The notes under the pieces are model-generated. The model was not told the origin of the DNA and ran no database searches. It saw nothing but the letters and a program-made list of their open reading frames with translations. The position numbers and the translations under genes are program-made. This document shows, one piece after another, positions 1 to 7,233 of a stretch of DNA of 64,000 nucleotides. This stretch comes from Phototrophicaceae bacterium (GTDB taxonomy: Bacteria; Chloroflexota; Anaerolineae; Aggregatilineales; Phototrophicaceae), in assembly GCA_965243515.1 (NCBI GenBank), contig OZ251572.1:1047239-1111238 (forward strand), written 5' to 3'. Each line of letters starts with the position of its first letter. The stretch's first letter is position 1.

Positions 1-753
1 CTGAACCCCGACAGCATCACCGAAAACGCCGCCAGTTTGATTCAAGATGGCTCTTGTTCGCCGGCGCTGGCCGGCGACCCTCTGCTTGATGAAGTGACCG
101 GTTCGCCGGCTTATTTTCCACTTCGGCCGGGCAGCGCGGCGATTGGGCGCGGCGATGCTCGTTACTGTTTGGCAAGTGATCAATCCGGCACATCGCGGGC
201 GCCGGGCGATGCCTGTGAAATTGGCGCCTATGAAGTCCCGGCGGAGTTGCTGGAAGCATTGGCGGAAGCGACGGTAACATCAACACCGACCGCGACACTG
301 ACGCCAACATCAGAAACGACGCTGACCTCAACATCAGAAGCGACAGTAACGTCAACATCAGATACGACGCTAACGGCAACATCAGAAGGAACGCTAACGT
401 CGACACCAGAAGCGACGCCGACATCGGATGCAACGGTAACACTGACGCCAGAAGGAACGCTAACGCCAACGCCAGAAGGAACACTGACCCCAACACCAGA
501 AGCGACGCCAGCGCCGGCGCCACCAGCCGGCGGCGCGATAGATACCTCCAGGCTTGGATTTATGGCGGTGGCATTTGCGCTGGTAGGCGCGGTTATGGTC
601 TTTCGCCTGCGGAATGAAACCGGGCAGAGTCTCGTCGAATACACCTTGATTCTCATCGTGGTCGCAGTGGTGATTATCGTTATCCTGGCGCTGATTAGCC
701 CGTCGATTGACAGCATTTTGGCCAACATCATCCAGCAGCTTAACACTCCCTGA
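1..753 (+). CDS. C-terminal part of a large surface/secreted protein (5' end outside window): beta-helix-type end motif, Thr/Pro repeat linker, hydrophobic anchor, then an in-frame Flp-pilin-like tail
   Basis: Frame 1 is open from nt 1; the track ORF 37..753 begins at an internal TTG. The motif DQSGTSRAPGDACEIGAYE resembles the conserved D.RG..R....CDIGA.E end of right-handed beta-helix / 'choice-of-anchor Q'-type surface proteins. It is followed by ~85 aa of T(L/V)T(S/P)T(S/P)E(A/G) repeats, the TM helix LGFMAVAFALVGAVMVF plus RLR, then ETGQSLVEYTLILIVV... Confidence 0.6.
   Translation: MNPDSITENAASLIQDGSCSPALAGDPLLDEVTGSPAYFPLRPGSAAIGRGDARYCLASDQSGTSRAPGDACEIGAYEVPAELLEALAEATVTSTPTATLTPTSETTLTSTSEATVTSTSDTTLTATSEGTLTSTPEATPTSDATVTLTPEGTLTPTPEGTLTPTPEATPAPAPPAGGAIDTSRLGFMAVAFALVGAVMVFRLRNETGQSLVEYTLILIVVAVVIIVILALISPSIDSILANIIQQLNTP
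271..528 (+). repeat. About 10 tandem copies of a 24-nt (8-codon) unit encoding T(L/V)T(S/P)T(S/P)E(A/G/T)
   Basis: Hand-parsed units start at 271, 295, 319, 343, 367, 391, 415 (18-nt unit), 433, 457, 481 and 505. Examples: acgctgacctcaacatcagaagcg and acgctaacgccaacgccagaagga. Confidence 0.9.
595..753 (+). CDS. Flp/Fap-type prepilin-like module (alternative internal-start reading of the 3' end of ORF 1..753; ATG at 595 or 562)
   Basis: MVFRLRNETG|QSLVEYTLILIVVAVVIIVILALISPSIDSILANIIQQLNTP has the short basic leader, the G/xxxEY processing motif and the hydrophobic helix typical of Flp pilins. A weak GGTAGG lies 7 nt upstream of ATG 595. No stop codon separates it from the upstream protein. 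Confidence 0.45.
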   Translation: MVFRLRNETGQSLVEYTLILIVVAVVIIVILALISPSIDSILANIIQQLNTP

Positions 754-771
754 TGGAAAGCGCGGGCAAAC

Positions 772-1902
772 ATGAAAATTGAACGGATTGAAACGTATAT
801 TGCCGAACAGCGATTGGAAACCCCCTTTTATTTTTCCCAATTTGGCTTTGACCGCCGCCAGGTCTGTCTGGTGAAAATCACGGCGGCCGATGGCAGCTAT
901 GGCTGGGGCGAAGGCTATGGCCCGGCTGGTGTGATTCAAGCTGGCATCGCCTATCTGTCGCCGTTGGTTATCGGGGAAGATCCGCTCCATGTAGAGGCCA
1001 TCTGGAGCAGAATGCACCGACAATCGCTGGACTATGCGCGGCGCGGCGTGCTGGTGGCGGCCATCAGCGCGGTTGACATTGCGCTCTGGGATTTGTGCGG
1101 CAAACTGCTGAATCAGCCAGTGTCAGTGCTGCTGGGCGGACGGCGGCGCGATAAAATCCAGGTGTACGCCACTGGGATGTATTTTACTGATACCGACGAC
1201 CTGCCGAGCAAACTCATCGACGAAGCGAAAACCTATGCCGCGCAGGGTTATCAAGCCCTGAAGATGAAGGTCGGGCTGGGCGTCGCTCAAGATGTGCGGC
1301 ATGCGCGGGCGCTGCGGCTGGCGATTGGCGATGATATTGACTTGATGGTCGATGCCAACCATGCCTATTCGCGCAGTGAGGCGCTGTCCTTTGCCCGCCA
1401 GGTCGAGTCGCTGAACATCCGCTTCTTTGAGGAGCCGCTTTCGCCAGAGGATTATGAAGGCTATCGTCAGCTGCGTCAAAGAACCGATATTCCCATTGCC
1501 GGCGGCGAATGCGAGTATCTGATGGCTGGCTTTCGGCATCTGCTGGCCAATCAATGCGTCGATATCGCCCAGCCTGATATTTGCGCCGCTGGCGGATTGA
1601 CCGAAGTTAAGCGCATCGCCGCCTTGGCCAACGCCTTTCAGACCAACGTCATCCCGCACAGCTGGGGCAGTGGCATCGCTTTTGCCGCCGGCCTGCATCT
1701 GGTCAGTACGCTGGACGTTGTGCCAGGCCGACTAACGATGCCGCAACCCTTGCTGGAGATGGATCGTTCGGAAAATCCCCTGCGCGACCGATTGACGGCG
1801 CCGCGTTTTCAGGCAGTGGACGGATTTGTCGATGTGCCGACCGCGCCCGGCCTGGGCGTGGATGTCGACGCCGATACGCTGGCCGAATTCACCCAGGCCT
1901 AA
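772..1902 (+). CDS. Enolase-superfamily enzyme, mandelate racemase/muconate lactonizing family (probable acid-sugar dehydratase)
   Basis: Ordered motifs ALKMKVG (KxK), DANHAY, FFEEP, AGGECEY and IPHSWGS; N-terminal capping domain with ..GWGEG.. Confidence 0.9.
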   Translation: MKIERIETYIAEQRLETPFYFSQFGFDRRQVCLVKITAADGSYGWGEGYGPAGVIQAGIAYLSPLVIGEDPLHVEAIWSRMHRQSLDYARRGVLVAAISAVDIALWDLCGKLLNQPVSVLLGGRRRDKIQVYATGMYFTDTDDLPSKLIDEAKTYAAQGYQALKMKVGLGVAQDVRHARALRLAIGDDIDLMVDANHAYSRSEALSFARQVESLNIRFFEEPLSPEDYEGYRQLRQRTDIPIAGGECEYLMAGFRHLLANQCVDIAQPDICAAGGLTEVKRIAALANAFQTNVIPHSWGSGIAFAAGLHLVSTLDVVPGRLTMPQPLLEMDRSENPLRDRLTAPRFQAVDGFVDVPTAPGLGVDVDADTLAEFTQA

Positions 1903-2552
1903 TCGCCAGGCGGCACCGCGGCCAGCACTGGCAGGCCGATAACCGACTCTAGATCTTCGCGGCGGCGGACGATGCTGCTTTCCAGGTATTCCAGCGCGAA
2001 GACGATGACCGCGCCCATAAACGCGCCGGCCAGCAGGCCGACCAGCGTATTGATGGTCACGTTGGGGCGGGCGCGGAAGGGCTGCGGATTGTCCTGCAAG
2101 CGGGCTTCAATGCGGTCTTCGCGGCGCGCCTGCTGATTGAGGTCATTGCGATATTCCAGCAATAGCTGTCCCCAGGCGGCGGCGATGCGGGCGGCTTCAT
2201 TCGGGGCTTTGTGTTCGGCATCGATCTGAATAACTAGGCTGGTTCGGTCGGCGGCGATGGTCACATCCGCGCGCAGCTGCCCGGGGGTCATATCCAGCTG
2301 CAAGCGGTCGATAACCTCGGCGGCGCGCAGGGAACTATCGAGATAGGCGACGTGGTTGTTGAGGATTTGGATGGCGGCTTGGGTGAGGCCGAAGTCGCTG
2401 CGGCTGGGGACAATCAGCACCTTTTGCGTGGCGCGGTAGACTGGCTCCAGCTGGCGGCTGAAGAGGAAGGCGGCGGCGGCGGCGATGAGGGCTAGCAGGA
2501 TGATGATCCAGCCGCGGCGGATGAGAATCGTCCCATAATCGACAAGGTTCAT
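1899..2552 (-). CDS. Wzz/YveK-type polysaccharide chain-length determinant protein
   Basis: N-terminal TM (GWIIILLALIAAAAAFLF), then SRQLEPVYRATQKVLI, a helical periplasmic segment and a C-terminal TM (LVGLLAGAFMGAVIVFAL). This is the typical Wzz layout. Confidence 0.75.
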   Translation of the reverse strand: MNLVDYGTILIRRGWIIILLALIAAAAAFLFSRQLEPVYRATQKVLIVPSRSDFGLTQAAIQILNNHVAYLDSSLRAAEVIDRLQLDMTPGQLRADVTIAADRTSLVIQIDAEHKAPNEAARIAAAWGQLLLEYRNDLNQQARREDRIEARLQDNPQPFRARPNVTINTLVGLLAGAFMGAVIVFALEYLESSIVRRREDLESVIGLPVLAAVPPGD

Positions 2553-2598
2553 GCGGGGCTGCCTTTGGCTTTTATCGCGGGCAATGGATTGATTTTAC

Positions 2599-2623
2599 CA
2601 CAGAGGTCACAGAGGCGCAGAGG
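2599..2623. repeat. Three adjacent copies of a C(A/G)CAGAGG octamer
   Basis: Read directly as cacagagg-t-cacagagg-cgcagagg. It lies in the intergenic gap between the wzz-like gene and the AT-rich FRG islet. Confidence 0.9.
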
Positions 2624-2646
2624 GGATACATGCACAATCTGGCAGG

Positions 2647-3696
2647 CTATTGCTTATTCTTTTTATTTGACTTCTCTGTAATTCCAAGTGCCGCTTTGGC
2701 TACCTTCTCATAAGTTGGTGTCAGATATGTTGATGCCATTCGTTTTTTTACAAGCAAGTTAAGCAGTTCTGCTCTCTGTGAAAACGGCAAAGTGAATTTA
2801 TAAATGCCTTTTGACTCTACTAATTTCGCCAGTTCAGCGTCAAAAGACCGCCAAGGATTACCTTCTGTTTCATAGAATTCGGTGTCACATAAAAATACCC
2901 CCATTTGTAGCCGAAGATTTAATATCTCAGTGTAAGGATGTTCCAATAAACGAATTGTTGTTTCTCTTAAATCATTATATCTTATCGCCCAAACAGCGAT
3001 ATTTTGAGGCAATTCGCCTTGAAGCAATTTGTCTAGATTCGCCTTATATCCGCGCGCATAATCCTCGAAGGTTTCTAATATCAAATCATTCACATTTCCT
3101 TTGCTATCTCTTTTGCTATCTTTTATGATTTTAATACACTTATCAAAGTATTCAGCTTTATTTTCTATAGACAGTCCTAATTTTCCATATAATTGAGCAA
3201 CATTCGCGGCGAAATAGGCGGCAACTAACGGGCTATAAGTAAAATCAAGTAATCGCGTCGGTACTCCGGAATGTTGAGCGATTGCAAAAACGATATGAGA
3301 AAAATCATACTCTATCCCACTGCTTAACTCCTCATTGCCTAACCACATTTTTGTATTCCTTTTGTTATCCATAATGTAATCGAGAGAATTATTAGGAATG
3401 GGTAAATTCATTAGATTTACATTGCTAATAAAGTTATCAATTAAATCAATCTCATAACTTGGGTAAGTATCTTTATCCCAATTTTCTGGTCTGAATAAAC
3501 TTGGCATTAGTTCCCATCTCGCGTCATTCTGCCCGCGAAAGATCCAATCAATAGGTCTTCCTCCCCAGCGCTCATGCGTCTCATCCAATTTTTGCAGAAA
3601 CCTTTTGGCAGTATATGAACGAACCGTTACGGATTTGAATGGATCGTTGTTCTCTGCTGGGCCGTTGTTTTCGTCGCTCATCGGCATCACCTGCAA
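2647..3696 (-). CDS. FRG-domain protein
   Basis: WIFRGQNDARWELMPSLFR (the name-giving FRG motif) and IAQHSGVPTRLLDFTYSPLVAAYFA match the FRG-domain signature. The gene is AT-rich: a hand count gives 25/60 G+C at 2641-2700 versus 40/60 at 1861-1920. Confidence 0.75.
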   Translation of the reverse strand: MQVMPMSDENNGPAENNDPFKSVTVRSYTAKRFLQKLDETHERWGGRPIDWIFRGQNDARWELMPSLFRPENWDKDTYPSYEIDLIDNFISNVNLMNLPIPNNSLDYIMDNKRNTKMWLGNEELSSGIEYDFSHIVFAIAQHSGVPTRLLDFTYSPLVAAYFAANVAQLYGKLGLSIENKAEYFDKCIKIIKDSKRDSKGNVNDLILETFEDYARGYKANLDKLLQGELPQNIAVWAIRYNDLRETTIRLLEHPYTEILNLRLQMGVFLCDTEFYETEGNPWRSFDAELAKLVESKGIYKFTLPFSQRAELLNLLVKKRMASTYLTPTYEKVAKAALGITEKSNKKNKQ

Positions 3697-3709
3697 TCAA
3701 GTAAATAAG

Positions 3710-3925
3710 TCAAACGCCATCATAATCACAGCCAGCGCCTGTCCGCGCAACCGGCGCTTGGCGGTCGTGCAACAGGTTCAGGATAACATCGTCATACTTG
3801 ACGCTTCCCGGCATAAAACGCTCGTGGAATGCCCGGCCAATATGCGCGACGTCACCGTATTTGAGAACGGTCCCGGCGATGACATCTGGGCTCTCTGAAC
3901 GAAGCTCTATGTAGCGGTTTATCAT
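3710..3925 (-). pseudogene. N-terminal fragment of an HK97-family phage prohead protease
   Basis: ELRSESPDVIAGTVLKYGDVAHIGRAFHERFMPGSVKYDDVILNLLHDRQAPVARTG follows the pattern of the protease N-terminus (..I.GYA..Y........E.I.PGAF....dV.ll..Hd....lG.t). The ORF stops after 71 aa, whereas intact proteins are roughly 180-200 aa. Confidence 0.45.
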
Positions 3926-3940
3926 CCACGGACTCCACTT

Positions 3941-4189
3941 TCAACACTCATAGAATAAATGGAAGTTGTCCACAGCGTATAAAAGCACAACTTCAGGCGG
4001 CTCCCAATCCTGGATAAACTGCTCCGAAGCTCCCATGGCTTCATACTTCTCAAAGTCGGGCACCGCATAACAGCTAGAAACAATCTCGCGGTGCCAAAAC
4101 CAGAACCAGAAACTGACGAACAGCACAATAAGCAAGAAAAAACCAAGCAAATCGCGCAGAGGAAACCACACACCCTTGTTTTTCATCAC
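3941..4189 (-). CDS. Small hypothetical membrane protein
   Basis: 82-aa ORF in the AT-rich islet with one strong TM helix (LLGFFLLIVLFVSFWFWFW). I see no recognisable family. Confidence 0.3.
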   Translation of the reverse strand: MMKNKGVWFPLRDLLGFFLLIVLFVSFWFWFWHREIVSSCYAVPDFEKYEAMGASEQFIQDWEPPEVVLLYAVDNFHLFYEC

Positions 4190-4327
4190 GCCTCCACTTG
4201 AAAACGAATCTGCTTCCAGCCATCTTTGCGCTTGAGTGCAAATCCAAAAAGCATATTTACCGTGAGCGAAACCTGCGTCTTTTGAACATTATCCATACAA
4301 CCATAATAAAAGCGCCCGTTCGGTCTG

Positions 4328-4438
4328 TCAAGTCCCAAAATTCCGCAGCTGCGTCTCATTGTAATCGCGGTGTTTATAGGCGGCGCTGCCCTTGTCAAAT
4401 TTCTCGACCAGTTGATGCACGGCCTCGGGCGCGGTCAT
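4328..4438 (-). pseudogene. Extreme N-terminal fragment (36 codons) of a type IIG restriction-modification / BREX PglX-like DNA methyltransferase
   Basis: From ATG 4438 the ORF reads MTAPEAVHQLVEKFDKGSAAYKHRDYNETQLRNFGT*. The ..LVEKF......YK...YNETQLR..F motif is the characteristic N-terminus of Eco57I/MmeI-like and PglX enzymes, which are normally over 900 aa. Confidence 0.45.
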
Positions 4439-4439
4439 G

Positions 4440-5429
4440 TCAGTCCCTTTCCATATCAATGACGATTTTAACCGCGCCTTCGTCTTGCAGGCGATGCAGT
4501 TCATAGGCCGCCAAGACATCGGCAAAGGCGAAAGTGTGCGTGATCATCGGCTTGACGTCGACCTTGCCGGCGCTGATCCACTCCAACGCGCGGCGCGTCG
4601 ATTCATGGTTGGCTTCGCGGCTGGTGTGAACCATCGCCTTGGCGGTGATCGTCTTGATAAAATACTGCCAGATGGGGAAGTCAATCGTCTCGCGGCGCGG
4701 CACGCCAAAATACAGGATAAAACCATTCTCGCGCGCAATCTCGACCGCCAGCGCAATCGAATCAGCTTCGCCGGCCGCTTCAATCACGACATCGGGCAGC
4801 TGGCCGCTGTTGATGGCCTTGAGCGCCGCCGTCGGGGAATCGCTGGCATTATGAATCGAATGAGTCGCGCCATATTGTCGGCTAAGTCGCAGGCGATAGG
4901 CCTTGAGGTCAAGCGCGATGATTTTGTCGGCGCCGCGCGCTTCCAGGACGGTATTGAACCACAGCCCGGCCGAACCCTGTCCAATCACGGCGACGGTCTT
5001 GCCGCGCACATCGGGCAGGGCTTTGGCGGCATGCAGGACAGTGCCGAACTGCTGCGCCTGCACCAGATGTTCGGACGGAATGCCATCGGACAGCGGCAGC
5101 AGACGGTCAATCGGCGCCAGATAGTATTCGGCCATGGCGCGGTGATCGGGCGCCAAGGCCAGCACGCGCTCGCCGACAGCAAACCCAGCATCCGCGGGGT
5201 CAATCGCTTCAATCCGGCCGACCATTTCGTGGCCGGTTTCGCCCGGCGCGGTCGGATAGCGATGGTCGGGCAGGTGATGAATATGGCGAATATCGCTGCC
5301 GCACAGGGACAGCCGCAGGGTCTTGACCAGCGCATGGCCGGCTTTCAGGCGCGGCTTGGGAACTTCGACAAAGATCGGCTGGCCGCGGGCGATGATTTGG
5401 ACGGCTTTCATAACGTGTTCTCCAGGCAA
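4440..5429 (-). CDS. Zinc-dependent medium-chain alcohol/polyol dehydrogenase (MDR family)
   Basis: LCGSDIRH, GHEMVGRI and VIGQGSAGL (Rossmann) motifs. The start may be ATG 5411 (MKAVQII...). Confidence 0.85.
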   Translation of the reverse strand: MPGEHVMKAVQIIARGQPIFVEVPKPRLKAGHALVKTLRLSLCGSDIRHIHHLPDHRYPTAPGETGHEMVGRIEAIDPADAGFAVGERVLALAPDHRAMAEYYLAPIDRLLPLSDGIPSEHLVQAQQFGTVLHAAKALPDVRGKTVAVIGQGSAGLWFNTVLEARGADKIIALDLKAYRLRLSRQYGATHSIHNASDSPTAALKAINSGQLPDVVIEAAGEADSIALAVEIARENGFILYFGVPRRETIDFPIWQYFIKTITAKAMVHTSREANHESTRRALEWISAGKVDVKPMITHTFAFADVLAAYELHRLQDEGAVKIVIDMERD

Positions 5430-5528
5430 TTCAGATGAGGATGAGTATAGCAGTTTCGCCGCGTTGGGTCATGGGATGAGGGGAATTTGGCGCGGCGCGT
5501 TTGCTGAATCATGGGCCGCCCGGCCAGC

Positions 5529-5555
5529 AAAAAAGCCACCCGCATAGGATGGCTT
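5529..5555 (-). terminator. Rho-independent terminator of glnA
   Basis: The minus-strand RNA reads AGCCAUCC-UAUGC-GGGUGGCU followed by UUUUUU: an 8-bp stem with one G-U pair, starting 25 nt after the glnA stop. Confidence 0.7.
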
Positions 5556-5579
5556 TTCCAAGTCAGACAGATTGACCGA

Positions 5580-7013
5580 CTAGATGCTGAAGTAAAGCTC
5601 GAATTCGTAGGGATGCGGACGCATGGCCACGGCGTCATGGTCGTTGACCTGCTTGTACTCGATATAGCTTTCGATGTATTCCTTGCTGAACACACCGCCT
5701 TCAAGCAGGAAATCGTGGTCGTCGGCCAGGGCGGCGAGGGCATCGTGCAGGTTGCCGGCCACGACCGGGGTTTCGACATGGCCTTCATACAGATCTTCTT
5801 CGGACGATTCGCCGGGGTCGATCTGGTTTATGATGCCGTCAATGCCCGCCATCAGCAGCGCCGGCAGGGCTTGATAGGGATTGGCGGCCGGGTCGGGGAA
5901 GCGGACTTCAACGCGCTTGGCTTTGGGATTGTCGCTGTACATCGGAATGCGGATGGCCGCCGAGCGGTTCCGCGCCGAATAAATCAGGTTCACCGGCGCT
6001 TCATAGCCCGGCACCAAGCGGCGATAGCTGTTGGTGATCGGGTTGGTGAAAGCCAGAATCGCCGCGGAGTGTTTCAAGACGCCGCCGATGTACCACAGCG
6101 CCATTTGGCTTAGGCCGGCGTATTTGTCGCCGGCGAAGAGCGGCACGCCGTCTTTCCACAGCGATTGATGCACGTGCATGCCAGATCCGTTCTCCTCAAA
6201 GAGAGGCTTGGGCATAAAGGTAGCGTGCAGGCCGTTTTTGGCGGCGACGTTTTTGGCGACGTATTTGTAGGTGACCATGTTGTCGGCCATCTTCAGCAGC
6301 GAATCGTATTTGAGGTCGAGTTCGGCTTGGCCGGCGCCGCCCACCTCGTGATGATGCACCTCGACTTCCAGCCCGACATCGGTCATGGTTTTGACGATCT
6401 CGGCGCGGATGTCATGGGTTTTGTCCTGCGGCGGCAGCGGGAAATAGCCCATCTTGATGCGGTTCATGTGGCCCTGCGCCGGGTCAGCCGAGCCGCTGTT
6501 CCAATCGCCTTCAAAGGAATCGACGCGGTAAAAGCTGCTGTTTTCGGACGTGCTGTACTGCACGTTGTCAAACATAAAGAATTCAGCTTCGGGCCCGAAG
6601 TAGGCGGTGTCCGCCAGGTCGGATACTCCGGCCAGATAGGCTTCGGCGCGTTTGGTGATGCCGCGCGGGTCGAGCGCATACGGTTCGCGGCTGATCGGGT
6701 CAAAGATGTCACAATACATGGTGAGCGTCTTGTACCGAAAGAAGGGATCAATGTAGGCGGTGCTTAGGTCGGCCAACAGAATCATGTCCGATTCGTTGAT
6801 GGCCTGAAAGCCCTGAATGCTGGAGCCGTCAAAGCCAAAGCCTTCCTCGAATTTGCCTTCGTCGACGACTCCAATCGGCATGCTGAAATGCTGTGGCACG
6901 CCGCGAATGTCAACGAAGCGCATATCCAATTCTACAACTTCATTTTCTTGCGCCCATGCCAGTAGAGTAGCGGGGGATTCCTTGGCGGAATCGGGGAGGG
7001 TGAACTTTGCCAT
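5580..7013 (-). CDS. glnA: Glutamine synthetase, type I
   Basis: Full-length match to the GSI pattern: VELDMRFVDIRGV, FDGSSI, GSGMHVHQSLW and NPYQALPALLMAG. Confidence 0.97.
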   Translation of the reverse strand: MAKFTLPDSAKESPATLLAWAQENEVVELDMRFVDIRGVPQHFSMPIGVVDEGKFEEGFGFDGSSIQGFQAINESDMILLADLSTAYIDPFFRYKTLTMYCDIFDPISREPYALDPRGITKRAEAYLAGVSDLADTAYFGPEAEFFMFDNVQYSTSENSSFYRVDSFEGDWNSGSADPAQGHMNRIKMGYFPLPPQDKTHDIRAEIVKTMTDVGLEVEVHHHEVGGAGQAELDLKYDSLLKMADNMVTYKYVAKNVAAKNGLHATFMPKPLFEENGSGMHVHQSLWKDGVPLFAGDKYAGLSQMALWYIGGVLKHSAAILAFTNPITNSYRRLVPGYEAPVNLIYSARNRSAAIRIPMYSDNPKAKRVEVRFPDPAANPYQALPALLMAGIDGIINQIDPGESSEEDLYEGHVETPVVAGNLHDALAALADDHDFLLEGGVFSKEYIESYIEYKQVNDHDAVAMRPHPYEFELYFSI

Positions 7014-7233
7014 ATTCGTTTAATCCTTTTGATAGAATCACTAAATCGCATGACAGCGTACAGTATAACGATAGCAGAGATTTTTGCAATAGTCATTACA
7101 GAAAATCATAGAAATTGGTCGGTTTTTTCTGTTCACTTTAGCCAAAGCCCTGATTTTATTAACCAAAAGGCTAGTAGACACCCGCCCCTGCGCCTGATAA
7201 CATACGCAAAATTAACTTGCGCGAGGTAAGCTG

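Noticed and set aside
4186-4398. 70-aa minus-strand ORF in the FRG islet.
   Set aside because: It overlaps the better-supported methylase N-terminal relic in another frame. It has no RBS, no hydrophobic or family signature, and looks like a chance ORF.
7014-7233. Glutamine riboswitch, or GlnR/TnrA (TGTNAN7TNACA) or NtcA (GTAN8TAC) boxes, in the AT-rich glnA / glutaminyl-cyclase divergent region; also the 66-aa ORF 7029..7229.
   Set aside because: I found no match to those consensus sites and none to the glnA-RNA core on either strand by eye. The small ORF sits in promoter-like AT-rich DNA with no RBS or family resemblance.
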